The position numbers were made by a program, and so were the translations under genes. A stretch of 64,000 nucleotides of DNA, from contig OY762278.1 of the NCBI GenBank assembly GCA_963665515.1, positions 2,862,414 through 2,926,413 on the forward strand, in the 5' to 3' direction. The notes below the pieces were generated by a model, which had not been told where the DNA came from, made no database searches, and was given only the letters and a program-made list of their open reading frames with translations. Numbering within the stretch: position 1 is the first letter of the stretch; the number at the start of each line of letters is the position of its first letter. Source of the DNA: Christensenellaceae bacterium (GTDB lineage: Bacteria > Bacillota > Clostridia > Christensenellales > CAG-138). Positions 27,501 to 34,439 of the stretch are shown here, piece after piece.

Positions 27501-28277
27501 TTAGCCCGCTTCTTCCAACAAGGAATCATTGATGATCGGATCTTCTGTATTCGCTTCGTGATCACCGGACGCGCGAAGAACAATCGTAACAATACCGCTC
27601 TTTGCGCCCTGAATGACGCGCATTGCATCCTCCGGCGTTAACAAAAGGGTTATGCTGGAGTAGATTTCCGCTGTTGTTCCGTCTGCGCTGGCTGAATCCT
27701 TTAGTGACGTTCCAACAGCTGCAACGCATACATTCTGTGCAGCCACAACAGTCGTTCCTTGTTCTGTTTCCTCTTCTTCCGTTGTTCCATCGGTCGTTTC
27801 CGTAGTGGTAGTTTCTTCAGGATCATAAGTCGTTGTTGTGTACGCTAGCACGTCCACATAGTCACCACGCTGTACAAAGCCGGCGACACCGGACACCTCA
27901 TCCACTGATATTGTGACCGCACGCATGCCTTCCGGAATAATGTAACTCATGCCGCTGTCATCCTGACCTTGCTGCTTTAGCTTTGAAGGCAGAATCTCTT
28001 CACCAGCAACGATAAGCCCTTCGGTAACAAACCCGACTGCTTCGCTTACGGAATGCGCGGCCAAGGGATGCGAAGTGCCTTCCGGAACTTGAGTTAGGGT
28101 CAGCATGTCCGCCGTAATGACAGAATATGCGGGAATATCGACGGCCGCCACCAGTACGTCTTCATACACAACCTCGACCACCGTATCCTGTTCAAGATTG
28201 TCGAGATAAAAGTAGAGCAGTGCACCCGCGACAATTGCCATAATCAGTGCAAAAAGGATAACCTTTTTCATCCGCAT
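27501..28277 (-). CDS. cpaB: Flp pilus assembly protein CpaB/RcpC (SAF domain) with a Thr/Glu-rich insertion
   Basis: 258 aa. N-terminal TM, then VLVAAVDIPAYSVITADML (SAF-like). Low-complexity segment TTTTYDPEETTTTETTDGTTEEEETEQGTT. Confidence 0.75.
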   Translation of the reverse strand: MRMKKVILFALIMAIVAGALLYFYLDNLEQDTVVEVVYEDVLVAAVDIPAYSVITADMLTLTQVPEGTSHPLAAHSVSEAVGFVTEGLIVAGEEILPSKLKQQGQDDSGMSYIIPEGMRAVTISVDEVSGVAGFVQRGDYVDVLAYTTTTYDPEETTTTETTDGTTEEEETEQGTTVVAAQNVCVAAVGTSLKDSASADGTTAEIYSSITLLLTPEDAMRVIQGAKSGIVTIVLRASGDHEANTEDPIINDSLLEEAG

Positions 28278-28386
28278 TCCCTCCGTTCCATCGTTTCGGC
28301 AAACGTTTTATCCACTTGCCGTAATAAATTCCAACTGTTTATAATCAATGTCGGGCGGCTTTTTTCAGCCGCCCGTATTGTTTCGA

Positions 28387-29406
28387 TCACTTACTCAAAA
28401 CCAGGCTGTATACGCCGAAGCTTGGCGCAGTTCCAGTCAAGTCTCCATCCGCCGCGCCAATGTTCACCATGTTTACATAACTTCCGATGACGCAACCTTC
28501 ATCCACGTAGGTTGAATAGTCTTCCAAGACAAACGCCGCAAAGCCAACCACTTTTACGTATTTATGTTGGGCGTCAGTGTATGTAATAACCGGTATTTTC
28601 ATTACACGCGGACAGTCAGCCTCATAGTGCGCAATCGTGCATCCACCCATCGAAGGATAATGCGTGCATGAATTGTACCGGGTGGCAATTCCGGAAACGG
28701 TCGGACCGGTCATATTACCGTCTTCAACCGGGAGCACAGTCCCGATCGACAGTTTGCCTTCATATCCATTTGCCAGCCAGCTTGTGTAGTCGTTGGCGCC
28801 GCCGCCTTTCACGCCGTCGAGGTCAATCGCGCCAAATGCGCCGTCGACAACTTCCTCTTCGTTTGATCCATATTTCAAGATAGCATGCTGCGTTGAACCG
28901 CTTGCAATCATTTCTGAAAGTGTGCTTTCCTCAATGGAAAGCGGCACAAGGTCTGACAGCGCGGTGCACGGTACAACACGTGCCTGCGCCGCTCTGCTGA
29001 ACGAAATTTCCTCTATACCAAATACCTTTGCAAAATATGTTTCGCTTGTCGCCGCCATCGTAACATCGATGGAATGATATTTCCCGCCGCTGAGTTCACC
29101 AAGCACAACGGATGCGTTTTCCGGATCGTCCACACCGTTTTTGCCAAGGTACTCGCGGGCTATCGCCGTCGCTTCCACAACCGCCGTTGCATCCGTGCTT
29201 ATGATTGGAAGCTTTAACCCCGCCGCCATAACAGCCGCGTCAACCGCCGTTTGCGTTTGTGCCGTCTTTACATAAGCCGTGCCGAGGTCGGTCACCGTTG
29301 CCGTCATGCCGAGCAGCGCGGTCATGGCCAGCGCAACGATAATGATCGAATCGCCGCGTTCTTCTTTTTTTAATCGCCGGAGCAAATTCCGGAAAAAAAC
29401 TTTCAT
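28387..29406 (-). CDS. TadG-like/TadE-G-like pseudopilin-type assembly protein
   Basis: Start reassigned to MKVFFRNLL (ATG 29404-29406) behind a GGAGGG RBS. N-terminal ERGDSIIIVALAMTALLGM hydrophobic segment is typical of TadE/G-like proteins. Confidence 0.7.
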   Translation of the reverse strand: MKVFFRNLLRRLKKEERGDSIIIVALAMTALLGMTATVTDLGTAYVKTAQTQTAVDAAVMAAGLKLPIISTDATAVVEATAIAREYLGKNGVDDPENASVVLGELSGGKYHSIDVTMAATSETYFAKVFGIEEISFSRAAQARVVPCTALSDLVPLSIEESTLSEMIASGSTQHAILKYGSNEEEVVDGAFGAIDLDGVKGGGANDYTSWLANGYEGKLSIGTVLPVEDGNMTGPTVSGIATRYNSCTHYPSMGGCTIAHYEADCPRVMKIPVITYTDAQHKYVKVVGFAAFVLEDYSTYVDEGCVIGSYVNMVNIGAADGDLTGTAPSFGVYSLVLSK

Positions 29407-29485
29407 TGCAGCGTCCCTCCTTATGGACTTGCGGCAGTTCGCACTACCCCGGGAACACAAAAATCTAAATCATCTCGATGAGTCG

Positions 29486-29902
29486 CTAACTCATCTTCAT
29501 CGTACACTCCGCCTGCAGATGGAACACGCCGTCCGAAGTTAAAAACGCAGTCAGTGGCGTTATTGTCGGCAGGTCGTAGGTCGTAACAACCGTGATATCT
29601 CCCGATCGGAAGTTTGTGGCGTCTGAATACGTAACGGTGATGCCAAGTTCATTTGTCATATAGTCCGGCTTCATGCCGTTGATGCGCGCCGTCACGTCCG
29701 CCGTGTTAGTCGCGGCGCTGGTCGCTACAATTCCTGCGCGGACGCCTTCGCGCGTGATATTGTCCAGTACCAGTCGTGTTGAAGCCAGCCAGCCAAGCTC
29801 GATCATACCGCAGATTAAAAGCAAAAGCAGAGGGAGCGTAAGCGCTAGCTCGACCACCGACTGTCCGCTTTCGCGGCGCTTCTTCAATAATCTTTTTTGC
29901 AT
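29486..29902 (-). CDS. tadE: TadE-family pseudopilin
   Basis: Start reassigned to MQKRLLKKRRESGQSVVELALTLPLLLL (ATG 29900-29902, GGAGGGAG RBS). Has a G/xxxxE prepilin-like processing motif. Confidence 0.8.
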   Translation of the reverse strand: MQKRLLKKRRESGQSVVELALTLPLLLLLICGMIELGWLASTRLVLDNITREGVRAGIVATSAATNTADVTARINGMKPDYMTNELGITVTYSDATNFRSGDITVVTTYDLPTITPLTAFLTSDGVFHLQAECTMKMS

Positions 29903-29933
29903 CTTCCGTCGCTCCCTCCAAAGTTTGTTTTGT

Positions 29934-30095
29934 TCACTGTCCAAGCGTCAGCTTGTCGCCAACGCCGGAAAATAGTCCGGCCGCTTTGTTTCCGACCGCA
30001 GACAGGCCAATGACGACAACAGTCGCTACCAAAGCGATAATCAAGCCGTATTCCACCATGCCCTGTCCGTTTTCATTCATCAACAAGTGCATCAT
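29934..30095 (-). CDS. flp: Flp-family type IVb pilin, divergent copy (flp-1)
   Basis: 53 aa from MMHLLMNENGQGMVEYGLIIALVATVVVIGL. Contains the Flp G/xxxxEY motif plus a hydrophobic helix. Confidence 0.8.
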   Translation of the reverse strand: MMHLLMNENGQGMVEYGLIIALVATVVVIGLSAVGNKAAGLFSGVGDKLTLGQ

Positions 30096-30126
30096 ATCAG
30101 CAAAACCGCCTTTGCACTTACTCATG

Positions 30127-30297
30127 TTAGCCCGCGGTCGTGCCAAGAGTCAGTTTGTCGCTAATGCCGCTGAAGAGCGTGTTCGCCTTGCCGCCCAACG
30201 CAGTCAGGCCAACGATAACGACGACCGCCACCAGCGCGATGATAAGGCCGTATTCCACCATGCCCTGTCCGCTTTCGTTCTTCCAGAAGTTTTTCAT
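30127..30297 (-). CDS. flp: Flp-family pilin (flp-2)
   Basis: 56 aa: MKNFWKNESGQGMVEYGLIIALVAVVVIVGLTALGGKANTLFSGISDKLTLGTTAG. GGAGG RBS. Confidence 0.85.
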   Translation of the reverse strand: MKNFWKNESGQGMVEYGLIIALVAVVVIVGLTALGGKANTLFSGISDKLTLGTTAG

Positions 30298-30336
30298 TTT
30301 TATAGCCTCCATAAAGCTTAAATACACTTTTGTTCT

Positions 30337-30364
30337 CTGCATGGGATTTCATGCAGTTTTTTTT
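30337..30364. other. Stem-loop between flp-3 and flp-2 (CTGCATG/CATGCAG) with its T8 run on the + strand
   Basis: 7-bp stem at 30337-30356 and T8 at 30357-30364. In the minus-strand mRNA the hairpin is preceded by A8 and has no U tract after it. Confidence 0.6.
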
Positions 30365-30378
30365 GACGGCTTCGTCTA

Positions 30379-30540
30379 TCAGGAACCAAGTGTCAGCTTG
30401 TCGCTGATGCCACTGAAGAGCGTGTTCGCCTTGCCACCCAACGCCGTGAGACCGACGATAACGACGACCGCCACCAATGCGATGATCAGGCCATATTCCA
30501 CCATGCCCTGTCCGCTTTCGTTCTTCCAGAAGTTTTTCAT
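30379..30540 (-). CDS. flp: Flp-family pilin (flp-3), below the ORF-track size cut-off
   Basis: My translation gives MKNFWKNESGQGMVEYGLIIALVAVVVIVGLTALGGKANTLFSGISDKLTLGS (53 aa). GGAGG RBS at 30547-30551. Confidence 0.85.
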   Translation of the reverse strand: MKNFWKNESGQGMVEYGLIIALVAVVVIVGLTALGGKANTLFSGISDKLTLGS

Positions 30541-30578
30541 GATTTTAGCCTCCTAAAGCTTATCAATCAATTTGTTTT

Positions 30579-30620
30579 CCTGCGGATCGCGAACCGTTCG
30601 AGATCCGCAGGTTTTCTTTT
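30579..30620. other. Long stem-loop between flp-4 and flp-3 (CCTGCGGATC/GATCCGCAGG) with its T-rich run on the + strand
   Basis: 10-bp perfect stem (30579-30588 / 30602-30611), extendable through CGAAC/GTTCG. TTTTCTTTT follows on the + strand only. Confidence 0.6.
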
Positions 30621-30633
30621 AAGCGTTTTGTCG

Positions 30634-30807
30634 TCAGCCAGCAGTCGTGCCAAGTGTCAACTTGTCGCTGATGCCGCTGAAGAGCGTATTTGCCTTGCCG
30701 CCCAACGCAGTGAGGCCGACGATAACGACGACCGCTACCAGCGCGATGATCAGACCATATTCCACCATGCCCTGTCCACTTTCGTTTTTCCAGAATTTCT
30801 TCATCAT
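30634..30807 (-). CDS. flp: Flp-family pilin (flp-4), below the ORF-track size cut-off
   Basis: My translation gives MMKKFWKNESGQGMVEYGLIIALVAVVVIVGLTALGGKANTLFSGISDKLTLGTTAG (57 aa). AGGAGG RBS at 30814-30819. Confidence 0.85.
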   Translation of the reverse strand: MMKKFWKNESGQGMVEYGLIIALVAVVVIVGLTALGGKANTLFSGISDKLTLGTTAG

Positions 30808-30972
30808 TCCATCCTCCTATTGAATTATTTTTTGGTTCGGCTTTCGCCTTTGGTTCAGGACGCTCATCGTCCCATGGGAGACTTTTATTAGGTTATGATG
30901 TTCTTTTGCGGACAAACCATCCATGTCCGCACTTCCAAACAGTTGTTGCAAAAAGCCAATCGCACGTTACCC

Positions 30973-31596
30973 TTAAATCGCCGACACAATAACAAGCGCG
31001 GCCGCTAAAAAAGGTCCCATCGGTATCATGGTCTTAAGCCGTTCCGCCACCGGTAAGCGCTGCTCAATGAGCAGATAAAGCAGGACAAACCCGCCCATGC
31101 AAACAATGGCGTACAAACTGCCGGAAAACCCGAGTGCAAATCCCATCGCCGCAGCAAGCTTTACATCACCGGCGCCAATTTTTTGTTTCCAAATACAAGG
31201 TACCAGGAAGGTGATAAAACAAGCGATAAATCCCAGCAGCGACGACCAGATTTGAAACGATATGACACCCGTGAGTCCGAACACAGCGGAAAGGATAATG
31301 ACCGCCATGACCAGCTCGTTCGGAATCACACGGTGTTTCGCGTCGATGTACGAAACGCTTGCGGCCACAAGGAGCACAAGCATCAAATACAACGCCCGCA
31401 AAGAAACGCCTGCACGCCATGCAATCAACCCGCCCGCTGCCGCCATGCATCCGAGCAGTACCCATTGCTGTTTGCGTTCCATCGCCGGATCCAGTCCGCG
31501 TTGCCTGAGCAGAAAGGCGCAGAGGAATTGCGCCGGAAAAAACAGCGCGGAACCGGCGGCCATGCCGGCGAGAATCAGTAGGAACGTGTTCAGCAT
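30973..31596 (-). CDS. tadV: Prepilin peptidase, A24 family (TadV/CpaA type, no methyltransferase domain)
   Basis: 207 aa, polytopic. Two catalytic-Asp contexts (YIDAKHRVIPNE and GAGDVKLAAAMG). GGAAGGAGGG RBS. Confidence 0.85.
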   Translation of the reverse strand: MLNTFLLILAGMAAGSALFFPAQFLCAFLLRQRGLDPAMERKQQWVLLGCMAAAGGLIAWRAGVSLRALYLMLVLLVAASVSYIDAKHRVIPNELVMAVIILSAVFGLTGVISFQIWSSLLGFIACFITFLVPCIWKQKIGAGDVKLAAAMGFALGFSGSLYAIVCMGGFVLLYLLIEQRLPVAERLKTMIPMGPFLAAALVIVSAI

Positions 31597-31663
31597 TTTT
31601 GTGCCCTCCTTCCGAGCGGGTGGTGATCACATTAGCGTTTCGCGATCCTTGCACGTTTTCACG

Positions 31664-31704
31664 AAATCAAAAAGCGGTTCGGATATCAATATACCCGAAC
31701 CGCT
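31664..31704 (-). terminator. Intrinsic terminator forming the expression platform of riboswitch 1, upstream of tadV
   Basis: 10-bp stem (31673-31682 / 31695-31704), 12-nt loop, then UUUUUGAUUU on the minus strand. It lies between the aptamer and the tadV start. Confidence 0.8.
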
Positions 31705-31809
31705 TGAACTATCTATAGACTGATAGTATCTTTCAGAAACGTTCGTCGCACCCGATTCTTTTTGAACCAGGCCGTTACGATTTGTTTCCTATTCTTTCAA
31801 AGCGTTCTT

Positions 31810-31900
31810 CATTCGGCAACTGGCTGCCATGGACGCAATAAACGTCTTTAGGCCCTATAGCTTTGCGACTACCGCTTTCACGGGGTGTGCTCTTAACATG
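31810..31900 (-). promoter_or_regulatory. c-di-GMP-I (GEMM-I) riboswitch aptamer 1, leader of the Tad pilus operon
   Basis: Minus strand reads GCACACCCCGUGAAAGCGGUAGUCGCAAAGCUAUAGGGCCUAAAGACGUUUAUUGCGUCCAUGGCAGCCAGUUGCCGAA. It has a GNRA-capped P1b hairpin, ACGCAAAGC-like core, GGCCUAA and a GCC.GUUGCCGAA 3' end, as in known GEMM-I RNAs such as Vc2. Confidence 0.8.
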
Positions 31901-31982
31901 GGAAGAACCATTTCTTTGATATTCAGTTGTAACTTCTTTATTCTTTTCGAAGATAAAGAAGCAAAAAGAAATTTTCCTGTAC

Positions 31983-32441
31983 CTACTCCGGAATTTCCGG
32001 GATTTCGATCTCTGGGAGGAAACTGCGGAGCCAAAACACGAAGTCCTGTGCCTTTTGATGCAGCTCCAGCGCAAGCTCTTTGTTTACAAACCGACTCTTG
32101 ATGTTCTTGTAAGAAAACGGATAATCGGACATATAGTAGAACATGATGTCCATAAGATAGTCTTCGCATTCATTTCTGCGCGAATTAAATCTTTCCAGAT
32201 CCGCTTCCTTCTTAAACGGTTCGCTATCCACAATCTTTGAAAACAGAAAGTTTACGTTGTGTGTCTTCGGCGGTTCGGCTTTGATAAAGTACACATACAT
32301 CGCCTTTAGCTGACGTTCCGTCGCCTGCTGGCAAAGAAACGCAACATATACCCACCGTTTACCCGTAATCAGCGCATCTATTGTTCCCAGATCATAATCC
32401 GAGAGCATGAGCCAATAACCGCATTTGTCCATTTTATTCAT
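31983..32441 (-). CDS. HEPN-domain protein
   Basis: 152 aa. CGYWL..S..DL..A..L........AF.CQQA.E..LKA and KTHN...L blocks are typical of MNT-associated HEPN (PF05168-like). No R-x4-6-H motif is visible. Confidence 0.7.
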   Translation of the reverse strand: MNKMDKCGYWLMLSDYDLGTIDALITGKRWVYVAFLCQQATERQLKAMYVYFIKAEPPKTHNVNFLFSKIVDSEPFKKEADLERFNSRRNECEDYLMDIMFYYMSDYPFSYKNIKSRFVNKELALELHQKAQDFVFWLRSFLPEIEIPEIPE

Positions 32442-32448
32442 TCGGATT

Positions 32449-33366
32449 TTACTCCTCTTTGCGAAGCATGCCGCTCGTTACAAGTTCTTTCAGCACGCTT
32501 GTAACCTTAGTGTCAAACTGATGATTGAGAGAATCGAGCTCTTCGGCGGATTCTTCAAACGACTTAACCTTATTATAGCCTCTGTCGCTTGTCATTGCGT
32601 CAAACGCATCCGCCACGGCGACGATTTTCGCCGCGAGGCTGATATCAGCGGACATAAGTCCACGCGGATAACCGCTTCCATCGAGTCGTTCATGATGGTT
32701 CATGGCGATTTCGGCAACGTGTTCACCAAATTCAGATCGCAGCATTCTGCCGCTGTCAACCGGATGCCGGAAGATATACCGGAGTTCCGAAGGCTCCAGC
32801 TTGCCTGCCTTTTGCAGGATTTCAACCGGAACGAAGCACTTGCCAACGTCATGGAACAGCGCCGCAACAGCGAGATCATCTCGCGAAACATGCTCAATCT
32901 CCGTATCCATCGAGTCAAAAACACTCAAGGAGTACTTCAATACGGCCGCACTGTGCCGATAGGTATAGTTATCTTTTTCGTTGATTCGTACTAATAGTGC
33001 GATCAGGCTTTCTTCAAACTGAGAGACAGATTCGAACGCCGGGCAATTCGTTACATAGACGATTTTGGTATCTCCCTGCATTTTTACAGGAATGTCCCGC
33101 GTCAGCCCGGAAACCGTAAACGATTCACCCGAACCAAGCGCCACAACGTCGTCGTCCAACGCAAGTTCCACTCCACCCTCATGGATAAAGAAAAACTCAA
33201 TTGCGCAAGGATCGGCAGCAGGAGTCAGCCATACAACGGACTCACCGCCGATTGTTTGCGACATAATCTCAAGGTCTCCCTGTTTGGCAAGGAGAGCCGT
33301 AATCGCTTCATTTCCGCCCTGTTCGTTTTGATTAACACCTCGGCGGTTAAATACGATTCCTTCCAT
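32449..33366 (-). CDS. HD-GYP domain cyclic-dinucleotide phosphodiesterase with an N-terminal beta-rich (cupin-like?) domain
   Basis: 305 aa. HSAAV...ALFHDVGK (HD), HHERLDGSGYPRGL (GYP), ADAFDAMTSDR. Confidence 0.85.
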   Translation of the reverse strand: MEGIVFNRRGVNQNEQGGNEAITALLAKQGDLEIMSQTIGGESVVWLTPAADPCAIEFFFIHEGGVELALDDDVVALGSGESFTVSGLTRDIPVKMQGDTKIVYVTNCPAFESVSQFEESLIALLVRINEKDNYTYRHSAAVLKYSLSVFDSMDTEIEHVSRDDLAVAALFHDVGKCFVPVEILQKAGKLEPSELRYIFRHPVDSGRMLRSEFGEHVAEIAMNHHERLDGSGYPRGLMSADISLAAKIVAVADAFDAMTSDRGYNKVKSFEESAEELDSLNHQFDTKVTSVLKELVTSGMLRKEE

Positions 33367-33405
33367 TTACACACCCATCCACACGCGTTTCACGGCGAAT
33401 GGATC

Positions 33406-33747
33406 TCATGAAACGCGCAGTTCAATCCCGTAGGTTACCACTTCTTCTATGATACCACAAGGTTGAAACAATTCATAGGCATGAAACGGCTGAACCTGTA
33501 TGTCCACCTGCGTATTGGCACAGATCCGCGCCAACATATGGTACTGCCCTAGCAGGCAGTCATCTTCCGTATCAAAGAACACAGCAAGGTCAATATCGCT
33601 TTCCGGTTCTGCAATACCCTTTGCATACGAGCCGAACAGCACGATTTTATGAACATCAGGCAAAGCGGATATTTTCGTGCAACATTCATTCATAAATGCC
33701 GCATGCTGGTTGAGCACGTGCGAAAAGTCTCTGCAAACCCGTATCAT
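33406..33747 (-). CDS. Minimal nucleotidyltransferase (MNT, Pol-beta superfamily)
   Basis: 113 aa with LFGSYAKGIAEPESDIDLAVF (GS-x9-11-DxD motif). Confidence 0.8.
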   Translation of the reverse strand: MIRVCRDFSHVLNQHAAFMNECCTKISALPDVHKIVLFGSYAKGIAEPESDIDLAVFFDTEDDCLLGQYHMLARICANTQVDIQVQPFHAYELFQPCGIIEEVVTYGIELRVS

Positions 33748-33791
33748 TCGCGCACCATCCTTCCGGCCGTGGTTGTCCTTCTTATCGAAGT

Positions 33792-34169
33792 TTACAGCGG
33801 AATTACGCGGAGCGGATCGATCAGAACATACTGTCCGTCAATGTAGTACTCGGTATAATCGCACGCAATCGTGCAGCCGATTGATTCAGCATAAGCGGTC
33901 ACTTCCGCAACGATTGCGTCAATCTTTACAAGCATCTCGGCAACGTCGTCCTCGGGAGTATGCTGTGCTTTAGCAACAGCTTTCTCGATTTCTTTGTTTG
34001 CCTTATCTACCATGTTTTCAAGTTTTTTAAGTTGGATCTCGGAGCATTTATCGCTTCCGTTGGCAACCAGAACCAATTCCGGACCGTTGCCTTTTGCGCT
34101 TGCAATGCCCGGCAGCAACAGAACTACCAGCATAACGCTGATCAGGATACTTAAAATTTTTCTGCTCAT
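33792..34169 (-). CDS. Small secreted protein, unknown family (first gene after riboswitch 2)
   Basis: Start set to MSRKILSILISVMLVVLLLPGIASA (ATG 34167-34169, GGAGGAAC RBS). Signal peptide with an ASA-K cleavage site. The mature part is helical-looking with three Cys. Confidence 0.65.
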   Translation of the reverse strand: MSRKILSILISVMLVVLLLPGIASAKGNGPELVLVANGSDKCSEIQLKKLENMVDKANKEIEKAVAKAQHTPEDDVAEMLVKIDAIVAEVTAYAESIGCTIACDYTEYYIDGQYVLIDPLRVIPL

Positions 34170-34236
34170 TCTTAGTTCCTCCGCATTTTTTTGTGGTTTA
34201 TGGTTTGGGATCAGGAGCAACCACGCTTAGGCAATG

Positions 34237-34272
34237 AAAAAAGCAGCTTGCCTTTTGAATTGCCAAGCTGCC
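34237..34272 (-). terminator. Intrinsic terminator forming the expression platform of riboswitch 2
   Basis: 8-bp stem GCAGCUUG / CAAGCUGC followed by U6 on the minus strand, between the aptamer and the first gene. Confidence 0.75.
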
Positions 34273-34317
34273 AAATAGCGTATGCCGCGTTACGTAAACG
34301 TTGCGGTTGGACACTCG

Positions 34318-34412
34318 ATCGGCAACTGGCTACCATAAACGCTTTCTGATTCAGTGTGCGTTCTTAGGCCCTTTAGTTTTGCGTCGCCTGCTTTCACAGG
34401 TTTTGCCTTTTC
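34318..34412 (-). promoter_or_regulatory. c-di-GMP-I (GEMM-I) riboswitch aptamer 2
   Basis: Minus strand reads AAAAGGCAAAACCUGUGAAAGCAGGCGACGCAAAACUAAAGGGCCUAAGAACGCACACUGAAUCAGAAAGCGUUUAUGGUAGCCAGUUGCCGA. All hallmark GEMM-I blocks are present (GGCAAA, GNRA-capped hairpin, GACGCAAA, GGCCUAAG, GCCAGUUGCCGA). Confidence 0.85.
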
Positions 34413-34439
34413 GTGGGAGAGACTCCTAAACCTAGGCAT

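Noticed and set aside
30140-30556. 138-aa + strand ORF with an internal repeat
   Set aside because: It is the mirror image of flp-2 and flp-3 on the opposite strand. The repeat simply reflects the duplicated pilin genes.
29934-30807. Possible CRISPR-like or other repeat array suggested by regularly spaced ~170-bp repeats
   Set aside because: The repeats are protein-coding flp paralogs with RBSs and start and stop codons. There are no short direct repeats with unique spacers anywhere in the window.
31775-32169. Several 90-104-aa ORFs on both strands overlapping 31775-32169
   Set aside because: The region is explained by the GEMM-I aptamer and the 3' end of the HEPN gene. These ORFs have no RBS and no protein-like composition.
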